64,000 bases of DNA, taken from positions 1 to 64,000 of IMG/VR virus record IMGVR_UViG_3300009093_000042; one strand, given 5' to 3'. The DNA comes from a virus. Its lineage: Duplodnaviria > Heunggongvirae > Uroviricota > Caudoviricetes. Positions 25,128 through 35,030 of this stretch are shown here, piece by piece. Every line of letters begins with the position of its first letter. The stretch's first letter is position 1. Made by a program: the position numbers and the translations under genes. Below the pieces are notes generated by a model. The model was not told where the DNA came from, made no database searches, and saw nothing but the letters and a program-made list of their open reading frames with translations.

Positions 25128-25188
25128 TGAGTGAAAAATGTAAACAATTTTTTGCTTACGTCAACGACGAAGTTCGTTCTTTAAGGAT
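25128..25188. promoter_or_regulatory. divergent intergenic region with a single palindromic motif serving the minus lipoprotein gene and the plus gene 25189..25449
   Basis: GAAAAATGTAAACAATTTTTT. Minus strand reads TTGACG-N16-TACATT-TTTCACTCA-ATG. The plus gene has an AAGGA SD. Confidence 0.5.
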
Positions 25189-25449
25189 ATGGCACTGAAT
25201 AAAGCACAAAAGTTTACGAAAACATCGTTCAAGGCGCAGGCGGATGCGATTGGAAATATCCTCCGTACCAATACCCTCCTGAGCGATGAGGAGAAGGCGT
25301 CCCTGAATGAAACGTTTGGCGTTCTGACCTGGATGAACCAGTACCAGTTGCACCAGGAAGCAGGCAACAAGGACATCCCGGAAAATATCCGGGCGCAGAT
25401 TTTCGATGGTCGCCCCGGCGTGAAGCCGGTGCCTCCGACCGTCGATTAA
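25189..25449 (+). CDS. hypothetical protein (plus strand, 86 aa)
   Basis: AAGGA SD sits 4 nt before the ATG. It shares a 61-nt divergent intergenic region with one palindromic promoter motif. The minus-strand ORFs overlapping it are antisense. Confidence 0.5.
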   Translation: MALNKAQKFTKTSFKAQADAIGNILRTNTLLSDEEKASLNETFGVLTWMNQYQLHQEAGNKDIPENIRAQIFDGRPGVKPVPPTVD

Positions 25450-25817
25450 CCTTCGCAGAGCGGCAGCAGCTCGTCAGCGCGCTGCTGCACCCATACCGAT
25501 TCCATTTGGCCCATCAGCTCCATCGCCTCGCGTTTCAGTGAGGCGATCCGGGCTTGATTTTGTTTGTGGGGTGGCTGTTCTTCTTCCGCTCGAATGCGGG
25601 CAATCAAAGCGTCGAGGTCCTGCTGCGTGGCGTACGCTACGTCCGGCTGCTCGGTCTTGGCGAAGGAGAAACGCGATGTGTTGTTCTTCTTGATCGGAAC
25701 GGCGTTCGGCTCCTCCGGGTTCCAGCCCATGCGCTGCGCCCCTGGTCCAACGGGCCTGCGCTGCTGCGGCTCCGGGAAGTCGTTGCTCAAAATTTCGTTG
25801 ATACGCCGTGTTGCCAT
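25446..25817 (-). CDS. hypothetical protein (123 aa)
   Basis: Convergent 4-nt overlap with the plus-strand gene. Confidence 0.45.
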   Translation of the reverse strand: MATRRINEILSNDFPEPQQRRPVGPGAQRMGWNPEEPNAVPIKKNNTSRFSFAKTEQPDVAYATQQDLDALIARIRAEEEQPPHKQNQARIASLKREAMELMGQMESVWVQQRADELLPLCEG

Positions 25818-25824
25818 ATTTTAA

Positions 25825-26517
25825 CTACGCGAACTGCACGACGGCGATGTCGCTGATCTTGAAAACCGGATTCGTATGGTTCCAGTTGATGTTCAGGTGA
25901 TCGAGCACGCCATAGGTGCTTTCTCGCATAATTCCCCAGTCATTTAATGGGGTAAAGCTGTGGCCTGCCAACGAGGCTATTTCATTCACCACTTGGGCGT
26001 CAAAAGTGGCCTTATCAACATCAGTGCAGGCGGTGTCGGTATTTCTGAAAAGCTGGATGTGCCAGTCAGGATTGCCTTTGATGATGTCCACGAAGAACAG
26101 TGTGCGGTTAGCATCTGTTGCTCCGATGTTCCACGTGCTCGGCTCCAAATCTCCGCCGCCGCCCGTTCCGGCCAGTAGAACACCGTTCCCCCATTCTTCA
26201 GCCGCTCCAAAGGAACAGCCGTAGCGTGTCGGCCCGGTGGCCCGAACGAACGTGTTGAAATTGCCCACCATGTTTGCTCCAAAAAAGTGCGTCGGAGCTA
26301 AGCCGGAATCACCAAAGATGCTGGTATCTCCGGTGCAGATGCCTACGTGAAGACTGCACGAACTTACATCTGCGCCCGAGTCAGCCATGCACAAGCGCAT
26401 TCCGATCCGCAGCTTTTGCCACGTGCTGTTGAGCATGAAAAACGGCTGGCGAGCGAACCGACTGGCATCAAGAATGAGCCGATTCTCGCCGCTAATGCTG
26501 GAAATGATGGCGGACAT
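25825..26517 (-). CDS. virion-associated protein, tandem paralog A
   Basis: About 60% identical to 26521..27207 (MSAIISS.GENRLILD.SRFARQPFFM ... KISD.AVVQ.A). Confidence 0.55.
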   Translation of the reverse strand: MSAIISSISGENRLILDASRFARQPFFMLNSTWQKLRIGMRLCMADSGADVSSCSLHVGICTGDTSIFGDSGLAPTHFFGANMVGNFNTFVRATGPTRYGCSFGAAEEWGNGVLLAGTGGGGDLEPSTWNIGATDANRTLFFVDIIKGNPDWHIQLFRNTDTACTDVDKATFDAQVVNEIASLAGHSFTPLNDWGIMRESTYGVLDHLNINWNHTNPVFKISDIAVVQFA

Positions 26518-26520
26518 GAC

Positions 26521-27207
26521 TTAGGCGAGTTGAACCACCGCGAGATCGCTGATCTTGAAAACCGGAACGCCAAAGTTCCAACTGACGTTGATGTGGTCCA
26601 TGATTCCATTGGCAGCTTCGTTCACCAGCAGGTTTCCTGGCGTCTGAAAGCCGTGACCCGCGATAACGGGATTACCACTGACCACCTGGGCGTCAAAAGT
26701 AGCTTTGCTAACATCGACGCAGTTGTTGTCAGTGTTTCTGAAATAGCTCAGCGTCCACTGCGTGGGTCCCTTCTGGATGTCCACGAACAGCACCGTTCGA
26801 TTATTATCAGTCGCACCGATGCACCAGGTCGAAGGCTCCATATCGACGCCGACGCTGGAAACGTTCACGCCGTTGACAAAGCAGCTTCCTGATGAGAAGG
26901 AGCACCCGTACTGAGTGACGGGACTTGTCGCTCGGATAAACGTTGCGAAGTTCCCGACCCAGTTCATGCCCACAGCGTGGTGCGGGGCGGCTCCAGGATC
27001 ACCCCAGATGCTCGTATCGCCATTGCACGCTAGAACATTGAAACTGGCCGGGTTTATATTTCCTCCTGAGTCAGACATGCAAAGCCGCATCCCGATGCGC
27101 AATTTCTGCCACGCTTGGCCGACCATGAAAAAGGGTTGCCGAGCAAAACGACTGCTATCGAGGATGAGCCGATTTTCTCCGCCGACACTTGAGATAATTG
27201 CTGACAT
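26521..27207 (-). CDS. virion-associated protein, tandem paralog B
   Basis: Paralog of 25825..26517. Confidence 0.55.
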   Translation of the reverse strand: MSAIISSVGGENRLILDSSRFARQPFFMVGQAWQKLRIGMRLCMSDSGGNINPASFNVLACNGDTSIWGDPGAAPHHAVGMNWVGNFATFIRATSPVTQYGCSFSSGSCFVNGVNVSSVGVDMEPSTWCIGATDNNRTVLFVDIQKGPTQWTLSYFRNTDNNCVDVSKATFDAQVVSGNPVIAGHGFQTPGNLLVNEAANGIMDHINVSWNFGVPVFKISDLAVVQLA

Positions 27208-27211
27208 AGTA

Positions 27212-30190
27212 TTATGGTCTGCTGACGTAGTTGCTGGACCAGCCGCTGCCTCCGCTTAAGCCGTCCAAGGCCGATCCAGGGGTGTAAGATTCAAAACTGT
27301 CCGTAGCCACAGTATTTCCGCTGCGCGCTGCATAGGCGGCTTTCCAGATGCTGCCGCCGTTCAGGCCGTCCAGGAAAGCGTTATTCGCGTACGTTTCAAA
27401 GTCATCGAAGGCAAAACCTGTATTTGGCAGGTCAGGGACCGGATTCTCAAGGCCGCCAGGAGGGATGAAATTTCCGTCTGGCGAGTCAAAGTCGTTGGCA
27501 GCCGCGTAAAATCCTTGTTCGATCATCCACGGCTGGATGGCTTGATGGGTCGGATATGACGCATAAGATGGGTACCATCCGTGGACCGTGCCGGTACCCG
27601 CCACGCGAATGTATTCTATGCCAGCCGGGATTAAGCCGGTTTTGCCGACATCACCTGGCTGCGAAAGACGGTAGGCTCCGACCTGCGTGACAATCGGGTT
27701 GCCGCTTTGGGAAAAGCTTTGAGTGCCGCTGATGCCATAGAATGTTTGGCCGTTGGCAAAAGTGCCGTTGCTGTAAATGACATAGCCTCCGTTCGGTGTT
27801 GCCACCTTGTACTGACGACCGGGCAGGATACCGCCGCTAAAGACCTGGCCGGTCTGCCGTAGGCGCGGAGAAAAAACCTCCATGAACGACATCCATGACC
27901 CAGTGGATGCCATCGTCCATGAATCATTTGCGTCGCGAAATTCCGGCAGGATAGTGCCGTTGCGAGAGAGCGCCAGAGTGTAGGCGTCTTCAGTAGTGCG
28001 CAGAGCACGTTCCAGCATGTCTTGCCGGAATCCTTGGAATCCGACCGCGTCCGGCGTGGGCGCGGTGGCAATCAGTTTCATGAGCTGAACCTGTTCGAAG
28101 ACGAGAGGAATCTGTGGCTCAGAGCCGAGCTGGAACCAGGCTGAAGATTGACCGGGGATGTCGGTCGCGGCAGTGATAATGCTGGCCTGCCAGTAGATCA
28201 AATTGTAGATCACCTGGTCACCAGGGTTATAGGATTTTGCCTGCCAGGCTGAAGCCGCCTTCGGAAGCCACGAGATGTTGATCACGGGCGCGAGGTCCTG
28301 CTTCACGAGATTGAAGACGAACGGCATTACATCCGGCTGGTTGGCCTGACCGATCACGTCCAGGCTGGAATGAGCGTCGAGATTGGTTCCCGCTGCGCCA
28401 ATCCATGTTGCCTGCATGATGTAGTGGCTGGTGTCCGGTCCGTTGACCTGAACGAAGCGCAGCTTGCGCACATGGAACTGCCCGTTGCCTGCCGTCCATT
28501 GAACGCTGAAATTGTACACCTGGCCGGTGGACTGGATGTCAATGCCAGGGCTTTCAATCACTGTGTTTTCAGGAAGGGCGTTGCCGTTGCTGTCGGTGTA
28601 ATAGAGCGGCAGCGTGTTTGCGAGAATGGAAACGCTCCCCTGGCTCGCTTTGATACCGAAGGAGGTTGTCGGCGTCGCTGAGATGTTCGCGAAGTCGATG
28701 AACATTTTCCAGCCGCCCGCAGGCAGTGGAATTTCCCAGTTCCGCACGTCGCCGATCGTACTGTAGTCGGTTCCACCGTTATCCGGGTCTAGCGAGCCTT
28801 GGTCATTATCTCCGCCTGCGACCTCGACCGAAGGGGAAGGGCGAATCAGGCAGTTGAGTGCGTACGTGCCTGAATTACAGATTAGGCGCTCCAGATTAAA
28901 TGTGATTGAGTCTGGCATCATCAGCGTCACGTCTTTACCGTTTGGAGCCAGGGTGCTGATGCCTCCGTTGACAAAGGTGGTAAAGGACGAGCTATCCCGG
29001 TTACCCGTGGGTGCGAACACCTGCTGGCTGGAATACGTGCCTTCGGAAATGCAGAGGCGCGCCGCTTTCTGGCGGAAAAATTGCGCGTCCTTCTGCTCCG
29101 GTACCGCAGGCACCGTCTGGATGGTCTGGCCGGGCAGGATGCCGGGAATCAGGAAGCCCACGATCTGCGGCACGTGAATGGTGTCGAGCGTTTCCTTAAA
29201 CCATTGAAGCGTTTTTGCCTGAGTGTCGTAGATGATCCGGTTACGGGAATCCAGCGACGGCTCGGCCAGAAATTGAAGTTTCGTCGGAGCCGGGATGGAA
29301 TTCCAATTCGTGGACGGCGGAATGTCTGAAGTCGTGTTGATGGCCGTGTACCACACACCCTGGTACAAAACTTCGTCGCCTGCGGCGTACACCGCGCCTT
29401 GAACAAAAACATTGTTCGTCAGGACGTAGGTGTCGCTCTCACGGGTGTTGCCACTGCTGTCCGAATCGACTTGAACATAAATGCGACTGGCGTATGCGAA
29501 CGGGTTCTTCAACGCCTGGACCACACGCGAAACGTAACCGGCCACCTGGTTGTCGCGGTCGGCGAGATAGAGGTCAGGGTCTTTTAGGGTCGCTTGGCTC
29601 AACGGCTCGGAGGCGTTCGGCAGCTTAGGCCGATTCGTTCCTTGCGCTGTAGCCCAGACCGAGGTTGAACCTATGTAATTGCCTGCCGGATCGAGTTGGT
29701 TGATGGGCGCGTTGTCACTGAAAATGGATGCCGCTCTCGCCAGTGTTTCGTACAAAAGCAGGTCGCGGTTGTAGAGATTGACATCCGTCACTTTGACGGC
29801 GGCGTAGGGAATATCTGAATTCAGCACGTACTGAACAGCGGTGCTGTTATTCGGCAGGCTGGCTCCGACCTGGCTTGGGTCGAGCGGCATGAAGATGTTC
29901 GTGCCCGATTGATCCGTGACGGCGGTAACGCCCTGCAAGACTGGCTGCACGACGGTTCCGTTCCAGACCGTGCGAGAATGAATTGCCACTTTGGCAACAG
30001 CGGCGGCGGCCACCATGTCGCGGTGCTGGAACTCACGGTCTCGCCGGGCATAGGTGGTGATGTCCAGAGGTTTCCCTGGATCAACGGCGGTCAGCGTGCC
30101 CGAGAATTCGTTGACTGGAGGCAGCGCGGCACTCCAGTTCAGCGTTCCGGCCAACTGAATAATCAGGGCTGATTCTAAGGAATCGGGCAT
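27212..30190 (-). CDS. large structural protein (992 aa) with carbohydrate-binding-like W-rich repeats; tail or baseplate-fibre candidate
   Basis: Repeated GDxV.YQGVWYTA..TTSDIPPSTNW and GDQVIYNLIYWQA..ATDIPGQSSAW modules. Confidence 0.6.
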   Translation of the reverse strand: MPDSLESALIIQLAGTLNWSAALPPVNEFSGTLTAVDPGKPLDITTYARRDREFQHRDMVAAAAVAKVAIHSRTVWNGTVVQPVLQGVTAVTDQSGTNIFMPLDPSQVGASLPNNSTAVQYVLNSDIPYAAVKVTDVNLYNRDLLLYETLARAASIFSDNAPINQLDPAGNYIGSTSVWATAQGTNRPKLPNASEPLSQATLKDPDLYLADRDNQVAGYVSRVVQALKNPFAYASRIYVQVDSDSSGNTRESDTYVLTNNVFVQGAVYAAGDEVLYQGVWYTAINTTSDIPPSTNWNSIPAPTKLQFLAEPSLDSRNRIIYDTQAKTLQWFKETLDTIHVPQIVGFLIPGILPGQTIQTVPAVPEQKDAQFFRQKAARLCISEGTYSSQQVFAPTGNRDSSSFTTFVNGGISTLAPNGKDVTLMMPDSITFNLERLICNSGTYALNCLIRPSPSVEVAGGDNDQGSLDPDNGGTDYSTIGDVRNWEIPLPAGGWKMFIDFANISATPTTSFGIKASQGSVSILANTLPLYYTDSNGNALPENTVIESPGIDIQSTGQVYNFSVQWTAGNGQFHVRKLRFVQVNGPDTSHYIMQATWIGAAGTNLDAHSSLDVIGQANQPDVMPFVFNLVKQDLAPVINISWLPKAASAWQAKSYNPGDQVIYNLIYWQASIITAATDIPGQSSAWFQLGSEPQIPLVFEQVQLMKLIATAPTPDAVGFQGFRQDMLERALRTTEDAYTLALSRNGTILPEFRDANDSWTMASTGSWMSFMEVFSPRLRQTGQVFSGGILPGRQYKVATPNGGYVIYSNGTFANGQTFYGISGTQSFSQSGNPIVTQVGAYRLSQPGDVGKTGLIPAGIEYIRVAGTGTVHGWYPSYASYPTHQAIQPWMIEQGFYAAANDFDSPDGNFIPPGGLENPVPDLPNTGFAFDDFETYANNAFLDGLNGGSIWKAAYAARSGNTVATDSFESYTPGSALDGLSGGSGWSSNYVSRP

Positions 30191-30193
30191 ACG

Positions 30194-30802
30194 TTAAATC
30201 TGTTCTCCGCGCTTGCTGGCTTTTATTCTTGCGATTACTTTTTCGACTTCGGCCACGATCTCATTAGCGTGGTCTTCGAGACCGAACTGTTCTGCGTACG
30301 CCGCAATTTTAGCCAAACGCTCTTGTGGCGGCATGTTTTCCCACTCTGGTATCCATTCCCGTCCAAGCTCATTGTCTATGAAGCCTGCGGCAGCGCTTGC
30401 GGAATTGTTTGGATCGCCTTCACCAAACTCAAATGCTTCAGAACCGGTTTCCCAGGGGTTCTCTGTTATGAAATATCCCATCCGATTCACAAAGTGAAAT
30501 CCAGCCACGATAATATCTTGATTGTCGTCGCCGGTCACGTACGTCCAGACGTATTTTTCATTCGTGTTCTGAACGCGTTGCAGCTCCGGTCCGTAGGTCT
30601 CGAACATGGTGCCGTTAAACGGGGCGTCTTCCCCTTCGTTCGTGACATCGTTTTGGATCGGCTTGTACTTTTCCCACCATATCTCGTACGGGTCCTCAAC
30701 GGATGGTTCCGGGAAATCGGCAGAAGTAAGCCCCTTCAGATCGAGATCATCATCTTCAGGTGACTCGTTCAGAACGAATTTGATGATTTTTTCAGCGCTC
30801 AT
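30194..30802 (-). CDS. acidic hypothetical protein (202 aa)
   Basis: Minus ORF rich in D/E. Confidence 0.5.
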   Translation of the reverse strand: MSAEKIIKFVLNESPEDDDLDLKGLTSADFPEPSVEDPYEIWWEKYKPIQNDVTNEGEDAPFNGTMFETYGPELQRVQNTNEKYVWTYVTGDDNQDIIVAGFHFVNRMGYFITENPWETGSEAFEFGEGDPNNSASAAAGFIDNELGREWIPEWENMPPQERLAKIAAYAEQFGLEDHANEIVAEVEKVIARIKASKRGEQI

Positions 30803-31221
30803 CCGTTGATAATTTTGGCGACGCCAGTCATGGCCACCGTCACGTCCACATTCCGTGTATTGTTGCTAACTCCGAAATAGTAGGTGCCGGGCACGGCGAA
30901 GTCCCGGTACTGAAAGTTGTTGAATCCGACTACGCCAGGTGATGAGCACTTCATCAGCACGCCTGCTGAGCACAGCATGGGGCTGGTGAACACTCCGGCG
31001 CTGACCAGACCGAGAGACGTGCTGAAAATGTTGGGCGTGTTTTCCGGCGTAATGATGTTGATCAGGTGAAGGTTGAAGCACCGGACCCGGAGGATTTGCC
31101 CCAGGACGATGCTGATCGCACCAGAAACGATATAACGACCGCGCCTCAACTCCGTCTGCGGGAGCTGGATCGGCAGATCGTAAATCGTCTGAAATCGCTC
31201 GTTGGTTACGAAACCCTTCAT
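30799..31221 (-). CDS. small virion-module protein, paralog of 33899..34381
   Basis: Shared motifs YDLPIQLPQTELRRGRYIV versus LDIPINLPTTEIKMGDWIV, and VPGTYYFGVSNN versus APGTYSWLAVNN. Confidence 0.5.
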   Translation of the reverse strand: MKGFVTNERFQTIYDLPIQLPQTELRRGRYIVSGAISIVLGQILRVRCFNLHLINIITPENTPNIFSTSLGLVSAGVFTSPMLCSAGVLMKCSSPGVVGFNNFQYRDFAVPGTYYFGVSNNTRNVDVTVAMTGVAKIING

Positions 31222-31233
31222 GCTTTACATACG

Positions 31234-33564
31234 TTAATCTTCGTCCCAACCCATTTCCCGGCGAATCTCTCGATAGCCCTCGTCGGGAGGGATATAATCG
31301 TTATCTTTGTCCCAGAACCCGAGGTCAAGGATGTCAACGCGATCTCCGTCTTCGATGACGCGATTGGGGTAGTAGCGCCGCCATTCACCCAGATCGAATT
31401 TAGCAATCTGGCTCAGTGGCAGCGTGTCTTCTTCTGGCGGCGCGGGCGGCGGGTCTTTGAGCGTAACAGACAGGACCATCCCGTCGTCCGTGCGCGCCGT
31501 AAGCTCTCCCCAGGAGGAAGTGATCGTGAAGACCGCATCGGGTGGCGGGGTGCCGTGGACTTCTTTGAAGTCGTCATCCTCAGACTCACCAAGCCCAAGC
31601 TCCTTTTTGCTGTCCCCGATCTTCATCATGGTCATGTCGTCGAGCGCCCCGTAGTTGGCGTAGTACATGCAGTCCGAACAAATCTTATAGTCTTGTACTT
31701 CACGCGTGGTCGGATTGAATCCGTCTGCGTAGTAGCGCTCTCCGCCCAGGGCACGATGGCAGCAGTCACACGGGGTCCAGCTAAATCCAAGCTCATCGCC
31801 CGTGCTGAGATTGTTAATGCCTTCACGTTCCATGAATTCCTGAAAGCGGGCCTCGAACTCAGCGTAGTCATGAGCATTATCAATGTGCTTGAGGGATTGA
31901 CGGTTGGTGCCGTACACGTCCTTGGCGTCCTGGGCCTCGTCTTCCTCCGACTCGTGAACTGGATTGTTTTCCTCGCCGTAGAAAAGGCAGTCGCGCCTGA
32001 ATTCAGCGACCGGAGGCTCATAGCTGCCGTTCTTGTTCCAACACCCAAAATCCAGTATGTCCAGGTCAGTGCCTGGTTTTATGTCCTCTTTCCAGTACGA
32101 TCGCCACTCATTCACGTCAAATCGGTCGATATTTTTGAGATTTTCGCCGTCTGCGTCCACCGGAGGATAGATTTCTGTCTTGAGCACTTGTCCGTCTTCA
32201 ACGCGAACCACGAACTCACCGAGTGATGACATCACCTTAAAAGTTTCAGCGGGCGGCGGTTCTCCCAGGACATCCTTAAAATCAGAATCTTCCACGGCTT
32301 CGTCGATCTGCTCGCGATCCGTTTCAGGAAATTCCAGCGGGTCAGGGAACTTCTTGAAGCGAGTAAAATCAAATGAGTCGGCGGTGAAGGAAGCACCATC
32401 GCCCTGGCTTGAGAAGCCGCTCCAGCTAATATCCGCGTCGTCAAAACCCTTATTCTTCAGCAGCCACTTCCATTCGGCCACGACCGGCTCCGCGTAGTAG
32501 TTCTGGCCCATGGCGTCTTCGCCCTGGACCCACCATTCACGCGCTTTCTGTTTCGCACGGTCGTTGAGCTGGCTGTACAGCAGATTGCCTTCATCATACT
32601 CGCCGTCTTCACTGAACCGGTAGTCGTTGGACTCGATGGTCTCGGCTACGACCTCCTCACTGACGGACCAGTCGTAGGCAGCTTCCAGCTCTTTGTAAAT
32701 TTTTCTGTTCCAATCAACCATGCGCTCGTCGATGTCTTTTTCGAGCCGGTCGAGCAACTTTCCAATTCTCAGCTCAATTTCCTGCTGCTCATCGCGGGGA
32801 ATTTCATCCGTCCAATACCACTCATCTCGGAGAGTAAAAGTTGTGCTGCGCTCGTGAACATAGTGGTGGTCAGTGCGCTTGACGTTTCCGTAGAGACTCA
32901 GAATACCACGCTCAACGTAATTCCCGATGTCATCCAGATAGTCACCGGCATAAACTTCTTTGCTATCGAAGTCGTCCTCCATGCCTTCCTTGACCGGTTT
33001 TTCACCGAGTTCGTTCAGAACCTCAATGAGTCCATTTTCATCAACGTCCTGCTTCGAAACGCATTTCCAAGCATTATCGACCAGGTCCCAAAAACGAACC
33101 GCGAACTGACGCTCCCCGAAACCTTCGATGCTGACGGCGAGTTTTCCCATCCGCTTTTCCCACGGGAACGGGGCCAGTGTGGACTGTCTGAAGCCGTACC
33201 TTTTGAGGAAGTCGAGTGTCATGTCACCTGCCACTTCCTTGGTGTCAAAGTCTTCGGACTCCTGCACAGGAACAGCGGCGTAGTCTCTCAGCATACGCCT
33301 GACAGCGTTTTCGCCTCCTTCAGTCCGGTGATCAGGTATCCACCCGGTTTGACCCCTTTTATGAAATCCGATGGAATAAAAATCGTTCGGGATGCGGGCT
33401 ACGGTTACGGCTTCGTTGGCCATTCGTTTGATCCAAACGCCTTCTTCGGTCGCGAAACCGGCAGCACTGAGCGCCGCGTCCAGAGGTTCACCGGAGACTT
33501 CTTTGGTATCGAAGTCATCAGCTTCCAGAACGGCTTCAACCAGTTGATTTACTTCGTCGCTCAT
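31234..33564 (-). CDS. large acidic protein (~777 aa) with five internal (E/D)DFD(T/S)KEV repeats
   Basis: Repeats such as EDFDTKEVAGD and DDDFKEVHGTPPP. ORF-track start 33579 is GTG. The ATG at 33564 gives ATGA coupling. Confidence 0.6.
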   Translation of the reverse strand: MSDEVNQLVEAVLEADDFDTKEVSGEPLDAALSAAGFATEEGVWIKRMANEAVTVARIPNDFYSIGFHKRGQTGWIPDHRTEGGENAVRRMLRDYAAVPVQESEDFDTKEVAGDMTLDFLKRYGFRQSTLAPFPWEKRMGKLAVSIEGFGERQFAVRFWDLVDNAWKCVSKQDVDENGLIEVLNELGEKPVKEGMEDDFDSKEVYAGDYLDDIGNYVERGILSLYGNVKRTDHHYVHERSTTFTLRDEWYWTDEIPRDEQQEIELRIGKLLDRLEKDIDERMVDWNRKIYKELEAAYDWSVSEEVVAETIESNDYRFSEDGEYDEGNLLYSQLNDRAKQKAREWWVQGEDAMGQNYYAEPVVAEWKWLLKNKGFDDADISWSGFSSQGDGASFTADSFDFTRFKKFPDPLEFPETDREQIDEAVEDSDFKDVLGEPPPAETFKVMSSLGEFVVRVEDGQVLKTEIYPPVDADGENLKNIDRFDVNEWRSYWKEDIKPGTDLDILDFGCWNKNGSYEPPVAEFRRDCLFYGEENNPVHESEEDEAQDAKDVYGTNRQSLKHIDNAHDYAEFEARFQEFMEREGINNLSTGDELGFSWTPCDCCHRALGGERYYADGFNPTTREVQDYKICSDCMYYANYGALDDMTMMKIGDSKKELGLGESEDDDFKEVHGTPPPDAVFTITSSWGELTARTDDGMVLSVTLKDPPPAPPEEDTLPLSQIAKFDLGEWRRYYPNRVIEDGDRVDILDLGFWDKDNDYIPPDEGYREIRREMGWDED

Positions 33565-33902
33565 CGGATGATTCCCCACGTTCTCAACTGCGCCAGCACT
33601 TCGTCCCCGTATTCAGCGGTCACGCTTGTTTCCTGCTGCCACCGACCGGTGGAGGTACGCCGGTAAAGCACCAAAAGTCCTTTTCCCTGGGTGGTGGATG
33701 CGCCCACGGATGCCATCCTGCTCCCGACAGACTTCTCCCACCCACGACAGCCCATTTCCCGGTATTTGAAACCGAGAGGCTTAAGCGTGTGCTCCGTCCA
33801 GCTATCGCCTTCCGTCCAGTGATTCGAGTGAACAACATCCTTCCAATCGGAGTCATCCTCCTCGGTCACAAACGCCACGATCTTGTTGATTGCTTCGATC
33901 AT
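33561..33902 (-). CDS. hypothetical protein (trimmed)
   Basis: ATGA coupling at both ends. Confidence 0.4.
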   Translation of the reverse strand: MIEAINKIVAFVTEEDDSDWKDVVHSNHWTEGDSWTEHTLKPLGFKYREMGCRGWEKSVGSRMASVGASTTQGKGLLVLYRRTSTGRWQQETSVTAEYGDEVLAQLRTWGIIR

Positions 33903-34381
33903 TGAAGGTCGAGTTCCAGGCGCGCCTGGCCCACACAGTTTAGCGTGAAGTCGGCACTGTCTCCGGTAGTCAGCAGCACGTTCTGGTCGCTGAACTGGAT
34001 GTTGTTCACGGCCAGCCACGAATATGTTCCCGGCGCTACCGTCACGATGGGAGTCGCGGTGCGTGCGACGATGCCAAAGCTGGTTGCCTGCACCACATCC
34101 AGAGCCGGGAGTGCGCTCGGGTCACCGGACGTGTAATTGAAAAACAGGCCCACGTAGCACATGCCGAAGTTCGGCACGATGCGGTTGTCGGGTGTGATGT
34201 TGCTCAGAGCAATCGTGGAGCTGACGAAATCCAGGTTGAGCATCCGGTAAGTCAAGCGCGTCGGTGTTTCGATTTTCACGGTGGCCACGACAATCCAATC
34301 TCCCATTTTGATCTCGGTCGTCGGGAGGTTGATCGGGATGTCCAGCGTGTTCGATAATTTACGTTCGGTTAGGTAGGCCAT
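33899..34381 (-). CDS. small virion-module protein, paralog of 30799..31221 (trimmed)
   Basis: See the paralog entry. TGAtATG junction upstream. Confidence 0.5.
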   Translation of the reverse strand: MAYLTERKLSNTLDIPINLPTTEIKMGDWIVVATVKIETPTRLTYRMLNLDFVSSTIALSNITPDNRIVPNFGMCYVGLFFNYTSGDPSALPALDVVQATSFGIVARTATPIVTVAPGTYSWLAVNNIQFSDQNVLLTTGDSADFTLNCVGQARLELDLQ

Positions 34382-34382
34382 A

Positions 34383-35030
34383 TCAAATTTTGGTGACGAC
34401 CATGCTGGCGGTCCGGTTTTGCCGGGCGACGTGCCCGACATACTTCGACGGCAGCGCTGATTCCAGGATTTGTTTTACCCTGGTCACGCCAGAGTGCAAC
34501 ACATTCATGCTATCCGCAGGCCAGCTTACGGTCATGGAATCAGCCTGGTTCTCCACGCAGAATCCAGCGCTGGTCAGCGCGTTGACAGCTTCTTCGAATT
34601 CATTAACTGTCTGAGCCACTTCCACGTCGTCGTTCTCAACCACGAGATCGACAAGCGCGGCGGCCTTCTGACGGATGCTCTCGTAGTGATCCGGGTCGTC
34701 GGGAGGCGCAACAAGCGGGTCGTACTGGTGGGGAAGTTCAGGGATTTCGATTTGGCCCTCATGCGACTGCCACAGCATCTCTGCACCCTGCTGCTGGCTT
34801 TCCACGGGAACGTAGGTGTGCATACTGCGCCCGGCGACGTACGCGATAAACCACTTCTCCTCCGCCCACTCTGATCCCGGAGAGGCAACCATCTTCTTCA
34901 GCAAAGTGCCGATAAATTCCCCGTTCACGGAGACGACGAAAAAATGGCTGCCGTTGGCCGAACCAAAGCGTTCGATCTTGAATTCCGGGTACGTGTCGCC
35001 GATGTCTTTGGTCATAAAATCATCAGACAT
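34383..35030 (-). CDS. hypothetical protein (215 aa)
   Basis: Minus ORF. Confidence 0.5.
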   Translation of the reverse strand: MSDDFMTKDIGDTYPEFKIERFGSANGSHFFVVSVNGEFIGTLLKKMVASPGSEWAEEKWFIAYVAGRSMHTYVPVESQQQGAEMLWQSHEGQIEIPELPHQYDPLVAPPDDPDHYESIRQKAAALVDLVVENDDVEVAQTVNEFEEAVNALTSAGFCVENQADSMTVSWPADSMNVLHSGVTRVKQILESALPSKYVGHVARQNRTASMVVTKI

